Source: Hemiscyllium ocellatum (Eukaryota). From it: a stretch of DNA of 64,000 bases. Location of the stretch: NCBI RefSeq assembly GCF_020745735.1, contig NC_083401.1, forward strand, positions 99,321,740-99,385,739, given 5' to 3'. Under the pieces are notes generated by a model, which worked only from the letters and a program-made list of their open reading frames with translations, had not been told where the DNA came from and did not search any database. Below are positions 11,330-23,334 of the stretch, in pieces. Within the stretch, counting starts at the first letter, position 1, and every line of letters starts with the position of its first letter. Position numbers and translations under genes: made by a program.

Positions 11330-13170
11330 GCCATTCACAACATAGGAGACCATTTGGCCCACTATGTCTTTGCTGGTCAACAAAAATCAGACTATTTTCC
11401 ATCTCTTGGCCCAGAGCTCTGGAGGCTATGGCAACACAAGTAAATATCTAAATGTTGCAGGGTTTCTGACTCCACTGCTTTTTCAGACAGAGAGGTCCAG
11501 ACTCCCCAAGCTCTAAGCAAGAAGGTAGAAATATAGAGCAGGAATGGCCATTTGGCATTTCAAGCCTACTCCACCTTTCAATATGCTGACAGCTGATCAT
11601 CCAACTCAGGAGCGTGCTCCTGTTTTTGCCTCATACCCTTTGATCCTAAAAAAACTACACCTAGCTAATTCCTGGAAGCATTCCATGTTTTTCCTCAACC
11701 ATCTCTCTGTGACAGAGAGTTCCAAAGCCCCTCCACTCACTGGGTGAAGTAATTGTTCCTCATCTTAGTCCTAAATAGCATTCCCATAAAGGCAAGTATC
11801 CCACGTACCTTCTGAACCAACCTATCTACCTGCCCTGTTACCCTCATGGATCTGTGGAAATGCACACCAAGATCTCTCTGAACCTCAGTGTTTTAGAACA
11901 TAGAACAAAGAACATTAAAGCACAGTACAGGCCATTTAGCCCTAGTTGTTATGCGACCTGTGAAAATAATCTGATGCCCATCTAATCTACACTGTTCCAT
12001 GGTTATCCAAATGTATGTCCAATGCCCATTTAAATGTCCTTAACGTTGGCGAGTCTACTACTGTTGCAGGCAAGCTGTTCCACGCCCCTACAATTCTCTG
12101 AATGACGAACTACCTCTAATATTTGTCCTAAATCTATTATCCCTCAATTAAAGCCACGTCTCCTTGTGTTAGCTTTCACCATCCAAGGAAAAAGGCTCTC
12201 ACTGTCCACCCTATCTAATTCTCTCATTATCTTATGCATCTCCATTAGGTCACCTCTTAACCTGCTTCTCTCCAATGAAAACAGCCTCAGTTACCTCAGC
12301 CTTTCCTCATAAGGCCTTCCTTCCATACCAGGCAACATCCTAGTAAATCTCCTCTGAACCTTTTCCAAAGCTTCCACATCCTTTCTATAATGCAATGACC
12401 AGAACTGCAATCAATACTCCAGGTGCGGCCTTACCAGTGTGTTGTACATCCGAAGCATGACCTTGTGGCTCTGAAACTCGATCCCCCTACCAATAAACAC
12501 CAAAACACCATATGCCGCCTTAATAACCCTATCAACCTGGGTCACAACTTTCAGAATTTTATTCACCGGGACACCAAGATCTCTCTGTTCATCTACACTG
12601 CCAAGAATCTTACAATGGACTATAGAAGGCCTTAGGGTTTTCCTTTCGAGCCAGTCATAGCATAATTGCATGCCTTGTCATCCCTCCCAAGTGCATTACT
12701 TTCCAAAGTTAAATTCCAATTGTTTCTGTTGTACCCAGTTGACCAATTCATTGATGTCCTTCTGCAGTTTAAGACTATTCTTCTTACTATTTACAATTAC
12801 TGATTTTTTTAATCAACCATGAACTTTGTGATTATTTAAATCAATTTTTAACATATGTACAAACAGCAAGGGCTGTAGCATTGTTCCCTGCAAAACACCA
12901 CTATAAGTAAATTCCCACTCACAGAAACATCCATCAACCATCATACTCCACTTTTGTCTATCAGCCAACTTTGGATCCAAAATGCCACTTTGCCTTCAAT
13001 CCCGTGGGGGTCTTAATTTCTTGGCCAGTCTGCCATGAGGGACATTGTGAAAAGTCTTACTGAAGTCCATGTGGACCAAATCAAATGCATTGCCCTCATC
13101 AAAACTCCTCAAAATTTCAATCAAATTTGTCAATCACATCCTTCCCTTAACAAATCTATGCTGACTATCC
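11330..13170 (-). mobile_element. Nest of 5'-truncated CR1 LINE fragments
   Basis: Several CR1 3' ends (e.g. tagaacatagaaca at about 11895); ORF2 C-terminal QRDLGVPV..YNTLVRPHLEY (12411-12671). Confidence 0.85.
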
Positions 13171-13867
13171 TCATCAAGATGGCAACAGAGTAGGCCTCCT
13201 GGGCTGGGGCTCATCCACTGCAACCACTTTTCATTTCTTCTTTTCTCTTTTCTTGTTTCTTTTTTCTCTTCTCCTTTTTCTTTACTTACCTCTTCACCTG
13301 AGCGAGTGGGCACTGTGCTGACTGGAATGATCCCAGTGTGGATCTCCTGGTGGCACTGAGTGAGCCCAGGATGGACTTGAGTGAATGTTTAATTACTTTT
13401 CTGGGGTAAGTACGGGGCCCGGCATTGGAATCGGCAGAGAGATATCAGTGAAGTAGGCCCAGAGGTGAAAGATGGCGCCTGAGGACTGGTATTGTTTGGA
13501 CCTGGCACTGGCAATTGTAGAACAGCATTGGAAGGGCATCACAGTGACATCTGTAAAGTGGACCCACTGGCAAGAGATGTGAGGTTGGCAGGTTTGATGC
13601 AGGCAGCGGTGAAGCAATGATGGAGGAAAATGGGTCCAGAGGCGAAAGGTGGCATCAAGACTGGCGACTTCATTGTTGCTTGTGTCTCATGTATATTGTG
13701 GTGAGATGGTTGAGGGGGGGATGACGTCATTGATGATGAACTGGCTCAGACTGGTAGACTCTCCCTAAGCTATTTCTATCTTTTTTTATTCTTTAAACAA
13801 TTCAAAATGGCGCTGGATCACAGCGACAGTGGAAAAGCTTTTCACTGTATTTTATAGTTTTTCCCAC

Positions 13868-14147
13868 CTGTGGTTAGCAGTGCTGCCTCACAGCGCCGGA
13901 GACCCGGGTTCAATTCCTGCTTCAGGCAACTGTCTGTGTGGAGTTTACATATTCTCCCCGTGTCTGTGTGTGTTTCCTTCCACAATCCACAAATGTGCAG
14001 GTTAGGTGAATTGGCCGTGCTAAGTTGCCCGTAGTGTTAGGTGAAGGGGTAAATCTAGGGGAATGGGTCTGGGTGGGTTGCTCTTTGGTGAGTCGGTGTG
14101 GACTTGGGCCAAAGGGCCTGTTTCCACACAGTAAGCAATCTAATCTA
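13868..14147 (+). mobile_element. HE1/V-SINE-like tRNA SINE
   Basis: tRNA head (gtggttagc...gggttcaattcc), V-domain tgtgtggagttt.catattctccccgtgtctg, CR1-like tail gggcctgtttcc. Confidence 0.85.
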
Positions 14148-14274
14148 AAATACATGTGACAATAAAATCATTTATACATTCATAGCCCAGATTAATTCAT
14201 GTCTCTCCAAGTGCACATTTGTTATTTTAACTTGGTATATGGTTAAAATATGAAAATGTAGAGAGAACAACTCT

Positions 14275-14660
14275 TTCATTAATACAGCCCTTTCACATAT
14301 TCTGAACATCTCAAAATGATTTCAAAGCCAATGAAATACTCTTGAGTGTTGTCCCCATTATAATCATGGAATACAGCAGCCAATTTACAAACTGCAAGTA
14401 TGGTTTGTTTTAAGGACATTAGCTGAGGATATGTCCTGGTTAAGATACAAGGAGGATAGCACCATGGATTATTTTATGTCTAATAAGAAGAACAGACTGG
14501 GCGTCAGTTTAATGGACATGTGAAAGATGACACCTCCTAGAGTACAGCATTGTCTCAGTATTCACTGAAGTGTCAGCCTAGATTTTACTCTGAAGTTTGT
14601 GAGGTGAACCTTAACTTTCTGACTCGGAAGGGTATGTGCTAGCATTAAACCAAAGTGAAT
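14275..14660 (-). mobile_element. Degraded Deu-domain SINE (SacSINE1/AmnSINE1-like)
   Basis: gtttaat...gaaagatgacacctcc..agtacagca..ctcagta..cactgaagtgtcagcctagatt matches the reverse complement of the Deu domain and head as I recall them. Confidence 0.6.
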
Positions 14661-14769
14661 GCTTCAAATAAATTAAACTGTTCGATTTAAAATGGAACAC
14701 CAACCCATTTTACACAAATTTTGTGTCATTGCAACAGTTATAAGTTAGTAGTGCTTATTATTGCATGTC

Positions 14770-17070
14770 CTTTTAGGTGATGCCTGATGTCAGACTTCAG
14801 TTTTATTTAGACTGATTTTTAGTAAGAGTTATGCTGCCTCAGAAAATCAAGTTGCTTGTTGCAGTTCTGACTGTCTGTGGGTGAGGAGAGTGCAGACATC
14901 AGTGAAAAGTTACAGATGAGTTATCCTTGTACCTTTGTAAGCCTGAAAGTACCTAAGGCTGAAAAGGCCTCTGTCAGCCTGAAAGTGTATGTCTGCTCCT
15001 TCCCTAAGGTCTTCTGTTGCCTGTTGCAGCATTGTGCTGAAGAAATTGTGAATAAGATTGGGGCCATCACACATTCTTGCTTCATACTGTTGGAGATTTG
15101 GAAGGAATTTGAAAGCTTTTCTGAGCTTTGCTTGTCCACTGCTTCACTGACCAGTTTTTCAAGGATTTCCAAATTCCATCTCTACTCAGCGTCGAATGTT
15201 GTGCTGAGGTCTGTGAAAGTGAATTCAGATCTTTGTTTGACTCATCAATTTCCTTGTGCTCTTTAGGTGTGAATCCCATGTCAGTGGTGCCACTGTTTGC
15301 TCTGAAACTTCGGTTCTCCGAGAGACTTTCTTCTGCAATCCCGGCCAGAATTTTCCCAGCAATAGCCAGTTGGAACAGTCTGACTTTACTCCTTTTCAAA
15401 AAAGTGGCAATAATTGTATCAGAAAGACCTTGTTGAATCCTGCTCAGTTCCCAGAAGGGCATGAAATGCTCATGGAGCTTAGAATGTGGGCAGAGCCACC
15501 AAGCTTCAAGACTTCATATGGAATTCCATCAACTCTGGGACTTGGTTGGTCTTCATCTGGCTGGCAGCAATCAGTTTCCTCCTGAGTTGGTCTCCTATTT
15601 AGTTCTTCTTTGTCAGGCTGTTGTTTGACATGGTTGATGTCTGTATCAGTGCACTTGATGCTGTGTGATGTTTCAAAGACTCCAATAAGTGATATAGAAC
15701 CGATGCCTCATTGGTGTGTAGTACCTTATCATTAATTCTCCTCAGGAGGGTTTCTATATGATGTACTGCTCTGTACACAGATTTCAGTGCTTCATGGAAG
15801 TTGTTTATACCACTATGTCAGTGTGCAGGTCTGATTTTTTTTTTAAAGGGTGTGCCATCCATCAGTCATTTTAGATCTTCCTCGGTTTATGTCAAAGTGT
15901 GCTACTTGCTTAACGTAGGCCTTCTTTTTCTAATGGCTGGCTGACAAACCTAGCTGACTCATATTCCCATAATTTTTCCAACCACTTTGCAGACACCAAA
16001 GATCCACACTTGGCACCAGCTGGTGAAACCAAAATGTATGTGTTAGAATGGTGTTAGCATGCATGGACCCACAAAGCTGGCTATGTGACTGCATAACTTT
16101 GAGGGAATGTTGCAGCTAGCCTGATAACCTTTCTGTTGTTAGCGTGACTAGGATTTCCTTGTCATTTCCATCAAACCAGTTCTTACTGGTGTTGGCTATG
16201 ACCAGGGCCTGGGATGGGAAGTGGAGGGGTGGTTGTGGAGTCCATTAGGGCCCAATAACTGGAGTCCAGGGCTTCAGTGACTCATTGTGCTCATGCTGTG
16301 GTGGAGTCACTTTGCTTTGCGAGGAGTGTGTGATGCTAAAGATGGGGCCTTGAGAAACACCTGGGCCAGTGATTTCTGTCCAAACCCCTGGGCCCAGTGA
16401 CCTCAGTCAAAGTATCCCATACTATGTTACTCCTGTGGAGTGGAATCCATGTGATCAAGGTGTTTCAGTCTGGCCTGTAAATCTGCTCAATAACTATCTC
16501 TGCAAACTGAGGTTTGCAGATGGTTGACTTGAAATTTCTTTGAACAGTTGTCTCTATATCTGTTCCTCAGCTTGGGCTTGAATTGGAAGTTCACTTTTTG
16601 CAGTGAATGAGTTAGTGGTCTATATGATGTCAGCACTGGACATCACTCTCCCATGCAGGCAGCTTCTATTGGCTACATTGGCACACCATAATATAATCTG
16701 GGGTTTAGGGCAGAAATGTATCCATGTGTGTTGAAATGGTGATTTTGTTGAAAGACGGTGTTGAGTTTTGGAAAACTGCTTTTCTGCAGTGTTCCAAAAG
16801 CAGACTTCATTCTCACTGCAGTTGCCAACTGCATATTTTTGGAGCACTCCCTTCCTTGCCTGGCTGCCAGGCCCAACTCTGACATTCAAATCATTAAAGA
16901 TAACAATTTTGACCTTGCAAGTGGCATTGTTCCTGAATTCTTGAAGAATGTGTCAACAATATCTTTGTTCAGCTAGGTCAGCCTTCAGGGTTGGAGCTGG
17001 TGAAAGTTGCTAGTCTTTAAGGAGGAGGTTCAGGAACATGACACGCTAGGAATGGCTGAGATTAGACAGT
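14770..17070 (-). mobile_element. Degraded RTE-clade LINE (EN + RT relics)
   Basis: RT FQISNSMKQECVMAPILF (cf. GVKQGCVLAP), LLAIAGKILA-like segment; EN segment LNTVFQQ..TWIH. Confidence 0.8.
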
Positions 17071-17179
17071 ATTGCTTTTTTCAGAAATATGCAGTCAAGA
17101 TTTATTTTTGTAGACACGGGAAATAAATCAATGGAAAGAAGCAGCATTGAGTGAAAGACAGTTTAAAAATTGAGAGTAT

Positions 17180-17380
17180 TTTTATTCATTCACAGGATGA
17201 GGGCATCACTACCTAGGCCAGCATTTATTGCCCATCCCAGAGAGCAGTTAAGAGTTAATCACATGGCTGTGGGTGTGGAGTCACACGTTGTCCAGACCAG
17301 ATAAGGATGCCAATTTCCTTCCCTTGTCTTCAGATGCTTTAGTCCAAAGGCAGAGTTATTACCACCCTGCCACCACACCC
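17180..17380 (-). mobile_element. Partial tRNA-SINE (family of 818-1158)
   Basis: gccagcatttattgcccatccc..ggagtcac..ccagaccag..aaggatg..tttccttccc. Confidence 0.6.
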
Positions 17381-17486
17381 CAAGGTGATAAGAACATTCC
17401 CTTAATGTTTACTTAATCTGTGACAATCAAAGCCACATTCTCAAGACCTGAGCCAGGGACAATCCTACATCCACATACTTCTAGAG

Positions 17487-19525
17487 CAGGGGTCTGTAAT
17501 TAATTCTTCCAAGGGGCCACATGAGAAACCTGAGTTGTGTTGGAGGGACGAACCAACAATAAGTTGAACATAATTCTGCTCAGTATTAATTTTCTTCCAT
17601 TGTAAAAAGTACTAAGTTATATAATTTTGCACTGAAACTTATAATAAAAGGAATAAGGATATTCTGTTTTAAAAAGATATGAAATTGTGGAGTAGGTCAA
17701 ATATAGAAGAATTAAACAGTTAAAACAATAATTTCAGTATTTCATTTTATTTTTAATATGTTAATCTCACAAACAAATAATGAAAAGTTGTTTCATTATT
17801 GTTCAGTATTGCAAACAACAAACAACTCTATACAAAAAGTAATAAGTGCTTTTGATGTTTTTCTGTTCATTTTACTTGTTTAGTGAGAAAAACCCAGTCT
17901 GTTTTGGGCTTGAACAAGTGCACTGAAGTCTAGTTGAATGTCTGAGGTGAATATGCAAAGGACAGTTGAGAGGTGATCATCAGTGATAGAGGATGTGTAT
18001 TTGGATTTGTTGAACTTCATCACTGAGAATGTCTGTTCACATATATAAGTAGATCCAAAGAGGACTAGAATCTTCTGAGCATGCCTCCTCATGTGTGGAA
18101 AGTTCTCCTCTTTGAGGGAAGAGTAAAAATCAAGCAGTGAGACTGACCTAAAGTACTCTGCCAGAAGTGTGTCAGACTACAGGTCAATGAGTTCAAGCTG
18201 AACATCACTAGGTGCATTCTCCATATTGCATGTAAATGGGGAAAAAAATCATGTGCATTTCATTCTCAACCATTTTAAAGTCTTGAAATCACCTTGAAAA
18301 TTCACCCTGCAGTGCTTCTAACATAGATGAGTACCTGTGGAGGTGATCAGCTGAAGGTGCGGCTTCCTTCAGTGTTGGCAAGTGGGTGAGAACATTGTCC
18401 TCCATTTGGCTCGAGAGAAGCTGCAATTTTCTCATAAAAGCCTTCACCAAGCTGTACATTTCATGCACAAAAAGGCCCTTGCACTGAAGTTTCACATTTA
18501 GTTCATTCATAAATGCAGTCACACCAACAGCAAAACCAACGTCAGCAATCCAGTCTGCATCTGACAGCTGTGGAATGCCATTCCCTTTTTTCACACAGAA
18601 ATCTTGAATCTCTTCTCTCAGGTCCCATACACTTTGCAGCATTTTGCCCAGGCTGAGCCACCTGACTGCTGTGTGGTAGTCTATGTCACAATGTTCAGTC
18701 TCATTTTCCTCCAAAAGTGCAACAAACTGCCTGTGATTCAAAGCTCTTGCGCTGATGAAGTTAACTATTTTAGTTACAATATCAACCACATAGTTAATTT
18801 TTAACACTGACTTACACAACACTTCCTAATGTATAATACAATGCAAAAATACCAATTTTGTTCAGGGTCAATTTCTGTCACTCTATCCTGCACTCTCTTT
18901 AAGAGACCAACATTTTTTCCTGTTAGATTTGGACAATCATCTGTTGTCATAACTGGCAGCTTGTCCTATTTTAGTCCCAATGTGTCCAAACATACATTTA
19001 CCTCCGTGAACAAATCATTACCAGTTGTTGTTCCTTTCATTGACTGTATGGCTGCCAGCTCCTCTGATTTTAAAGTCTGTAGTTATCCCATGAACAAAGA
19101 TGAGTAGCTGGGCTGTGTCACGTACGTCACAGCTCTCATCCAAGGCCAAGGATAAAAGTCAAAGTTGACCGCTCTGTGCTGCAGCTGAAGCTCCAGATTT
19201 CCCACGATGTCCCCAATCCTTCTCGTTACAATGCGTCGGAAGAGGGGCACATTCTCAAATGCCTCCTTTTTCTCTTGGCATATTAGTTCTGCAGAGTCCG
19301 ACAAGCACTCCTTAATAAACTCTCCACCAGAAAACGGTTTACTGTTTCTGGTGATTTTGTGGGATATGACATAACTTGTCTTGGCATGAGATGATATTTT
19401 GAGGGCTAGCCAGCAAGCATCACTTTTAGCTGTTCACGCACGCACATACATTGACCTCATGTGGGCCGGACAGGAATGACCAAAGGGCCGGATATGGCCC
19501 GCAGGCTGTAAAATGCCCAGGTCTG
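17487..19525 (-). mobile_element. hAT (Buster/Charlie group) DNA transposon, internally deleted
   Basis: CAG...CTG termini; 8-bp NNNTANNN-type flanks ttctagag / ctgtagag; gggccgga subterminal repeats; transposase relics. Confidence 0.88.
17880..19390 (-). pseudogene. hAT transposase pseudogene (GTF2IRD2/ZBED8-like)
   Basis: HCIIH motif, ARALNHRQF, VRWLS, and C-terminal dimerisation domain FGSTYICEQTFS; frameshifts and stops; N-terminal BED region absent. Confidence 0.88.
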
Positions 19526-20419
19526 CTGTAGAGGGACTGAGCAGAGTTCAGACTTTGCTTGTTTTTGTAAATAAGCTGCTCATCTGTTAGGCAGCCCCCC
19601 TGCTTTGTGTAAACTCCATGTCTATCTTGCTGCCTTCTGTTCTTCATTTTTTGTCATGCAGATTAAATGTTATTCTATCCATGTTAATGCTACCTTTAGT
19701 TGAATTGAACTAAAAGTAGCTACAATTGAACCTAAATGAGGATTAGGGAAAAGGCAGCAATCACATATCAGTGTCACACAGTCTAGGCACACTGTCTGCT
19801 AAACCATAACATGAAAATGAGTCATTTGAAGTCAAGTCCCTCCTGAAAGCTCTTGGTTTGACTCAAATTCTGAGGAAACTCTGTTTGACTTTTTCCTTTA
19901 ACTGTATCCCTTCAATGTTTCAGCAAACGCAAAGACTGTAATGCTGTCTTGATTTCCTTGAACATCTCTATGAGATCACTTTTTGAAAAAAAATACTCCT
20001 GGACATCTCAACTATCTTCACCTCCAGTGTGAAAAGAGTGAGGAGCTTAATGTCCATCATCATGACCTCCATCACCTTCCTCTCCCCAATCCCTGACTTA
20101 GACTCCTCAATCCAGTTGTGGCCAGTTTTTCCTGTCATGAGAGGAATAGAGCACAGAATGTGGTGGAGTTGGATGCAAGATCAGTTCCACGGCATGCATG
20201 AACATCCAAGGTGGTAAACTATTTCCGGTGAGTCAATAGGAAGTGTGGAGGCCAAAGAAGGGTTTGTAGTTAGAGAGGATGAGATGCATGTGAGCTTTTG
20301 AATGTACATGATGCATGTGATGCTGAGCATTATAATCTTTGTTGAGGTGTATACATTGTGGCATTGGCGGTGGGAGTGATGGCCCCATGAGTGTGAGATA
20401 CCATAAACAAGATAGTGCT

Positions 20420-20625
20420 GAGGTCATTGACCTTCTTTCTGCACTGCTGGCTGTCCCTTTTCACAGTGAAGATAGTACTGACCTATGATGCTATCTGGGC
20501 CATGTGGATTGTCTTTTGTGGTCATCAGTGAGGGAAAGGGCTGACCTCTCCTCCATACAGTCCACCAACATCTTGGGAACTTTCTTCATGAAGCTGGGAG
20601 TGAGCTTGTTTCCCTTTTGCTCTAT
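20420..20625 (-). mobile_element. Harbinger/PIF Myb/SANT-like ORF relic
   Basis: Minus-strand translation ..MLVDCMEERS..VSTIFTVKRDSQQCRKKVNDL resembles the trihelix helix-3 motif. Confidence 0.6.
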
Positions 20626-20629
20626 GTCT

Positions 20630-22520
20630 TAGAGTCATAGAGATGTACAGCACAGAAACAGACCCTTCAGTCCAACTCGTCCATGCCAACCAGATATCCC
20701 AACCCAATCTAGTCCCACCTGCCAGCACCTGACCCACATCCCTCCAAACCCTTCCTATTCATATGCCCATCCAGATGCTTTTTAAATGTTGCAATTGTAC
20801 TGGCTTCCACCACTCCTCTGGCAGCTCATTCCATACACGTACCACTCTCTGTGTGAAAAAGTTGTCCCTTGGGTCTCTTTTATATTTTTCCCCTCTCACA
20901 TTAAACCTATGTCTTCTAGTTCTGGACTCTCCCATTCAGCGAAAAGACTTTGTCTATTTATCCTATCCATGCCCCTCATGATTTTATAAACCTCTATGAG
21001 TTCACCCTTCAGCCTCCGAAGCTCCAGGGAAAAGAGCCCCAACCTGTTCAATCTCCCCCTTTAGCTCAAATCCTCCAATCCTGGCAACATCCTTGTAAAT
21101 CTTTTCTGAACCCTTTCAAATTTCACAATATCTTTCTGATAGGAGGGAGAACAGAATTGCAAGCAATATTCTAACAGTGGCCTAACCAATGTCCTGTACA
21201 GCCACAACATGAACTCCCAACTCCTGTACTCAAAACTCTGACCAATAAAGGAAAGCATACCAAACACCTTCTTCACTATCCTATCTACCTGCGACTCCAC
21301 TTTCAAGGAGCTATGAACCTGCACTCCAAGGTCTCTTTCTTCAGCAACACTCCCTAGGACCTTACCATTAAAGTGTACAAGTCCTGCTAAGATTTGCTTT
21401 CCCAAAATGCAGCACTTCAATTTATTTGAATTAGACTCCATCTGCCACTTCTCAACCTATTGGCCCATCTGATCAAGATCCCGTTGTAATCTGAAGTAAC
21501 CTTTTTTGCTGTCCACTACACCTCCAATTTTGTCATCTGCAAACTTACTAACTGTACGTCTTATGCTCGCATCCAAATCATTTATGCAAATGATGAAAAA
21601 TAGTGGACCCAGCACTGATCCTTGTGGCACTCCACTGGTCACAGACCTCCAGTCTGATAAACAACTTTCCACCATCATCCTCTTCTTCTACCTTTGAGCC
21701 AGTTCTGTATCCAAATGACTAGTTCTCCCTGTATTCCATGAGATCTAACCTTGCTAACCAGTCTGCCACAGGGAACCTTGTCGAACACCTGACTGAAGTC
21801 CATATAGATCACATCTACCGCTCTGCCCTCATCAATCCTCTTTGTTACTTCTGCAGAAAAACTCAATGAAGTTTGTGAGACATGATTTCCCATGCACAAA
21901 TCTATGTTGACTATCCCTAATCGGTCCTTGCCTTTCCAAATACATGGACATTCTGTCCCTCAGGATTCCTTCCAACAACTTGCCCACCACCGACGTCAGG
22001 CTCACCGGTCTATAGTTCCCTGACTTATCCTTACCACATTTTTTAAACAGTGGCACTATGTTAGCCAACCTTCAGTCTTCCGGCACCTCACCTGTGACTA
22101 TCGATGATACAAATACCTCAGTAAGAGGCCCAGCAATCACTTCCCTAGCTTCCCTCAGAGTTCTAGAGTACACCTGATCAGGTCCTGGAGATTTATCCAG
22201 TTTTATTTATTTCAAGAAATCTAGCACTTCCTCCTCTGTAATATGGACATTTTTCAAGATGTTACCATCTATTTCCTTCCATTCTATATCTTCCATGTTC
22301 TTTTCCACAGTAAATACTGATGCAAAGTACTCGTTTAATAGCTCCCTCATCTCCTGTGGATCCACACAAAAGCTGCCTTGCTGATCTTTGAGGGGCCCTA
22401 TTCTCTCCCTAATTACCCTTTTGTCCTTAATGTATTTGTAAAAATCTTTGGATTCTCCTTAACTCTGTTTGCCAAAGCTATCTCATGTCCACTTTTTGCC
22501 CTCCTGATCTCCCTCTTAAG
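20630..22520 (-). mobile_element. 5'-truncated CR1 LINE
   Basis: ANIVPLFKK..NYRPVSLTSVVGK, GVPQGSVLGP, KFADD, RTLVRPLLEY; ctctatgactct tail. Confidence 0.93.
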
Positions 22521-23334
22521 TATTGAAACTTATGTGTTGAAACTTTATAGTGAGCAGCATAGTGTGAGCAGCATTTGAAGAGGTGTACAGAGGGGTTTTA
22601 AATATAATGCCCGAGCCTTGGAGGCTACAAAGTACTAGCTGTAGTGGGCATCTTATTTCATTCCCTACACGATTCTCCAAGTAATGCACCCAATATCTCC
22701 CTTGCCAAAATAACAATTTGAGTAATGTGTGATTGTGCAAGATAACTTACCCAGGACACAGTGGAAATGAAATTATGAAATTTACTTGTGCTATTCTTTA
22801 ACTTTAACTATGAAACTCCTGGCTCGCTAACCTGATTGTAATTTGTGCATAAAGTGAAGGAAATTAATGACTGGGACCAGTGCTAGGACAGTATTACAAA
22901 TAATAACTGCCAGAACCTGTTTTTGAAAATAACATTCTGGATATATAACTAGACAACAGAATTCATATATGTACATGGAATGAATCCTTTGGAAAAACAA
23001 TGTTCAAGAATTTACAAATTGTGATGAAAATAGCAAGCTGAATATTCCCTCCAGAGAAGGTAAATAAATAAAGACTGTTTTTCGGTGTTGAAGAAACTTA
23101 ATTGGAGTTAAGGTTTTTGCATGGGTGAGCCCAGAATTGACATTCAGACAGGCTCCCTGTCCAATTAAGGTTGGTAAGTAGGTTGTTGAAGTTGGACAGC
23201 CAATAAGAGGCCCTTCAGCTTCAGTGATCCACTAACATACAAGACCAGAAGATGGGATTCAACAGTTTAGTTAAATGGGCAATTTATTTTTTTAAAGTAT
23301 TTCATTTTAATGCAGTGGCAGCTGTATAATTGCT

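Noticed and set aside
13868-13930. tRNA gene (also about 1495, 28800, 46050)
   Set aside because: The A/B boxes are SINE heads followed by SINE bodies; no complete cloverleaf is evident.
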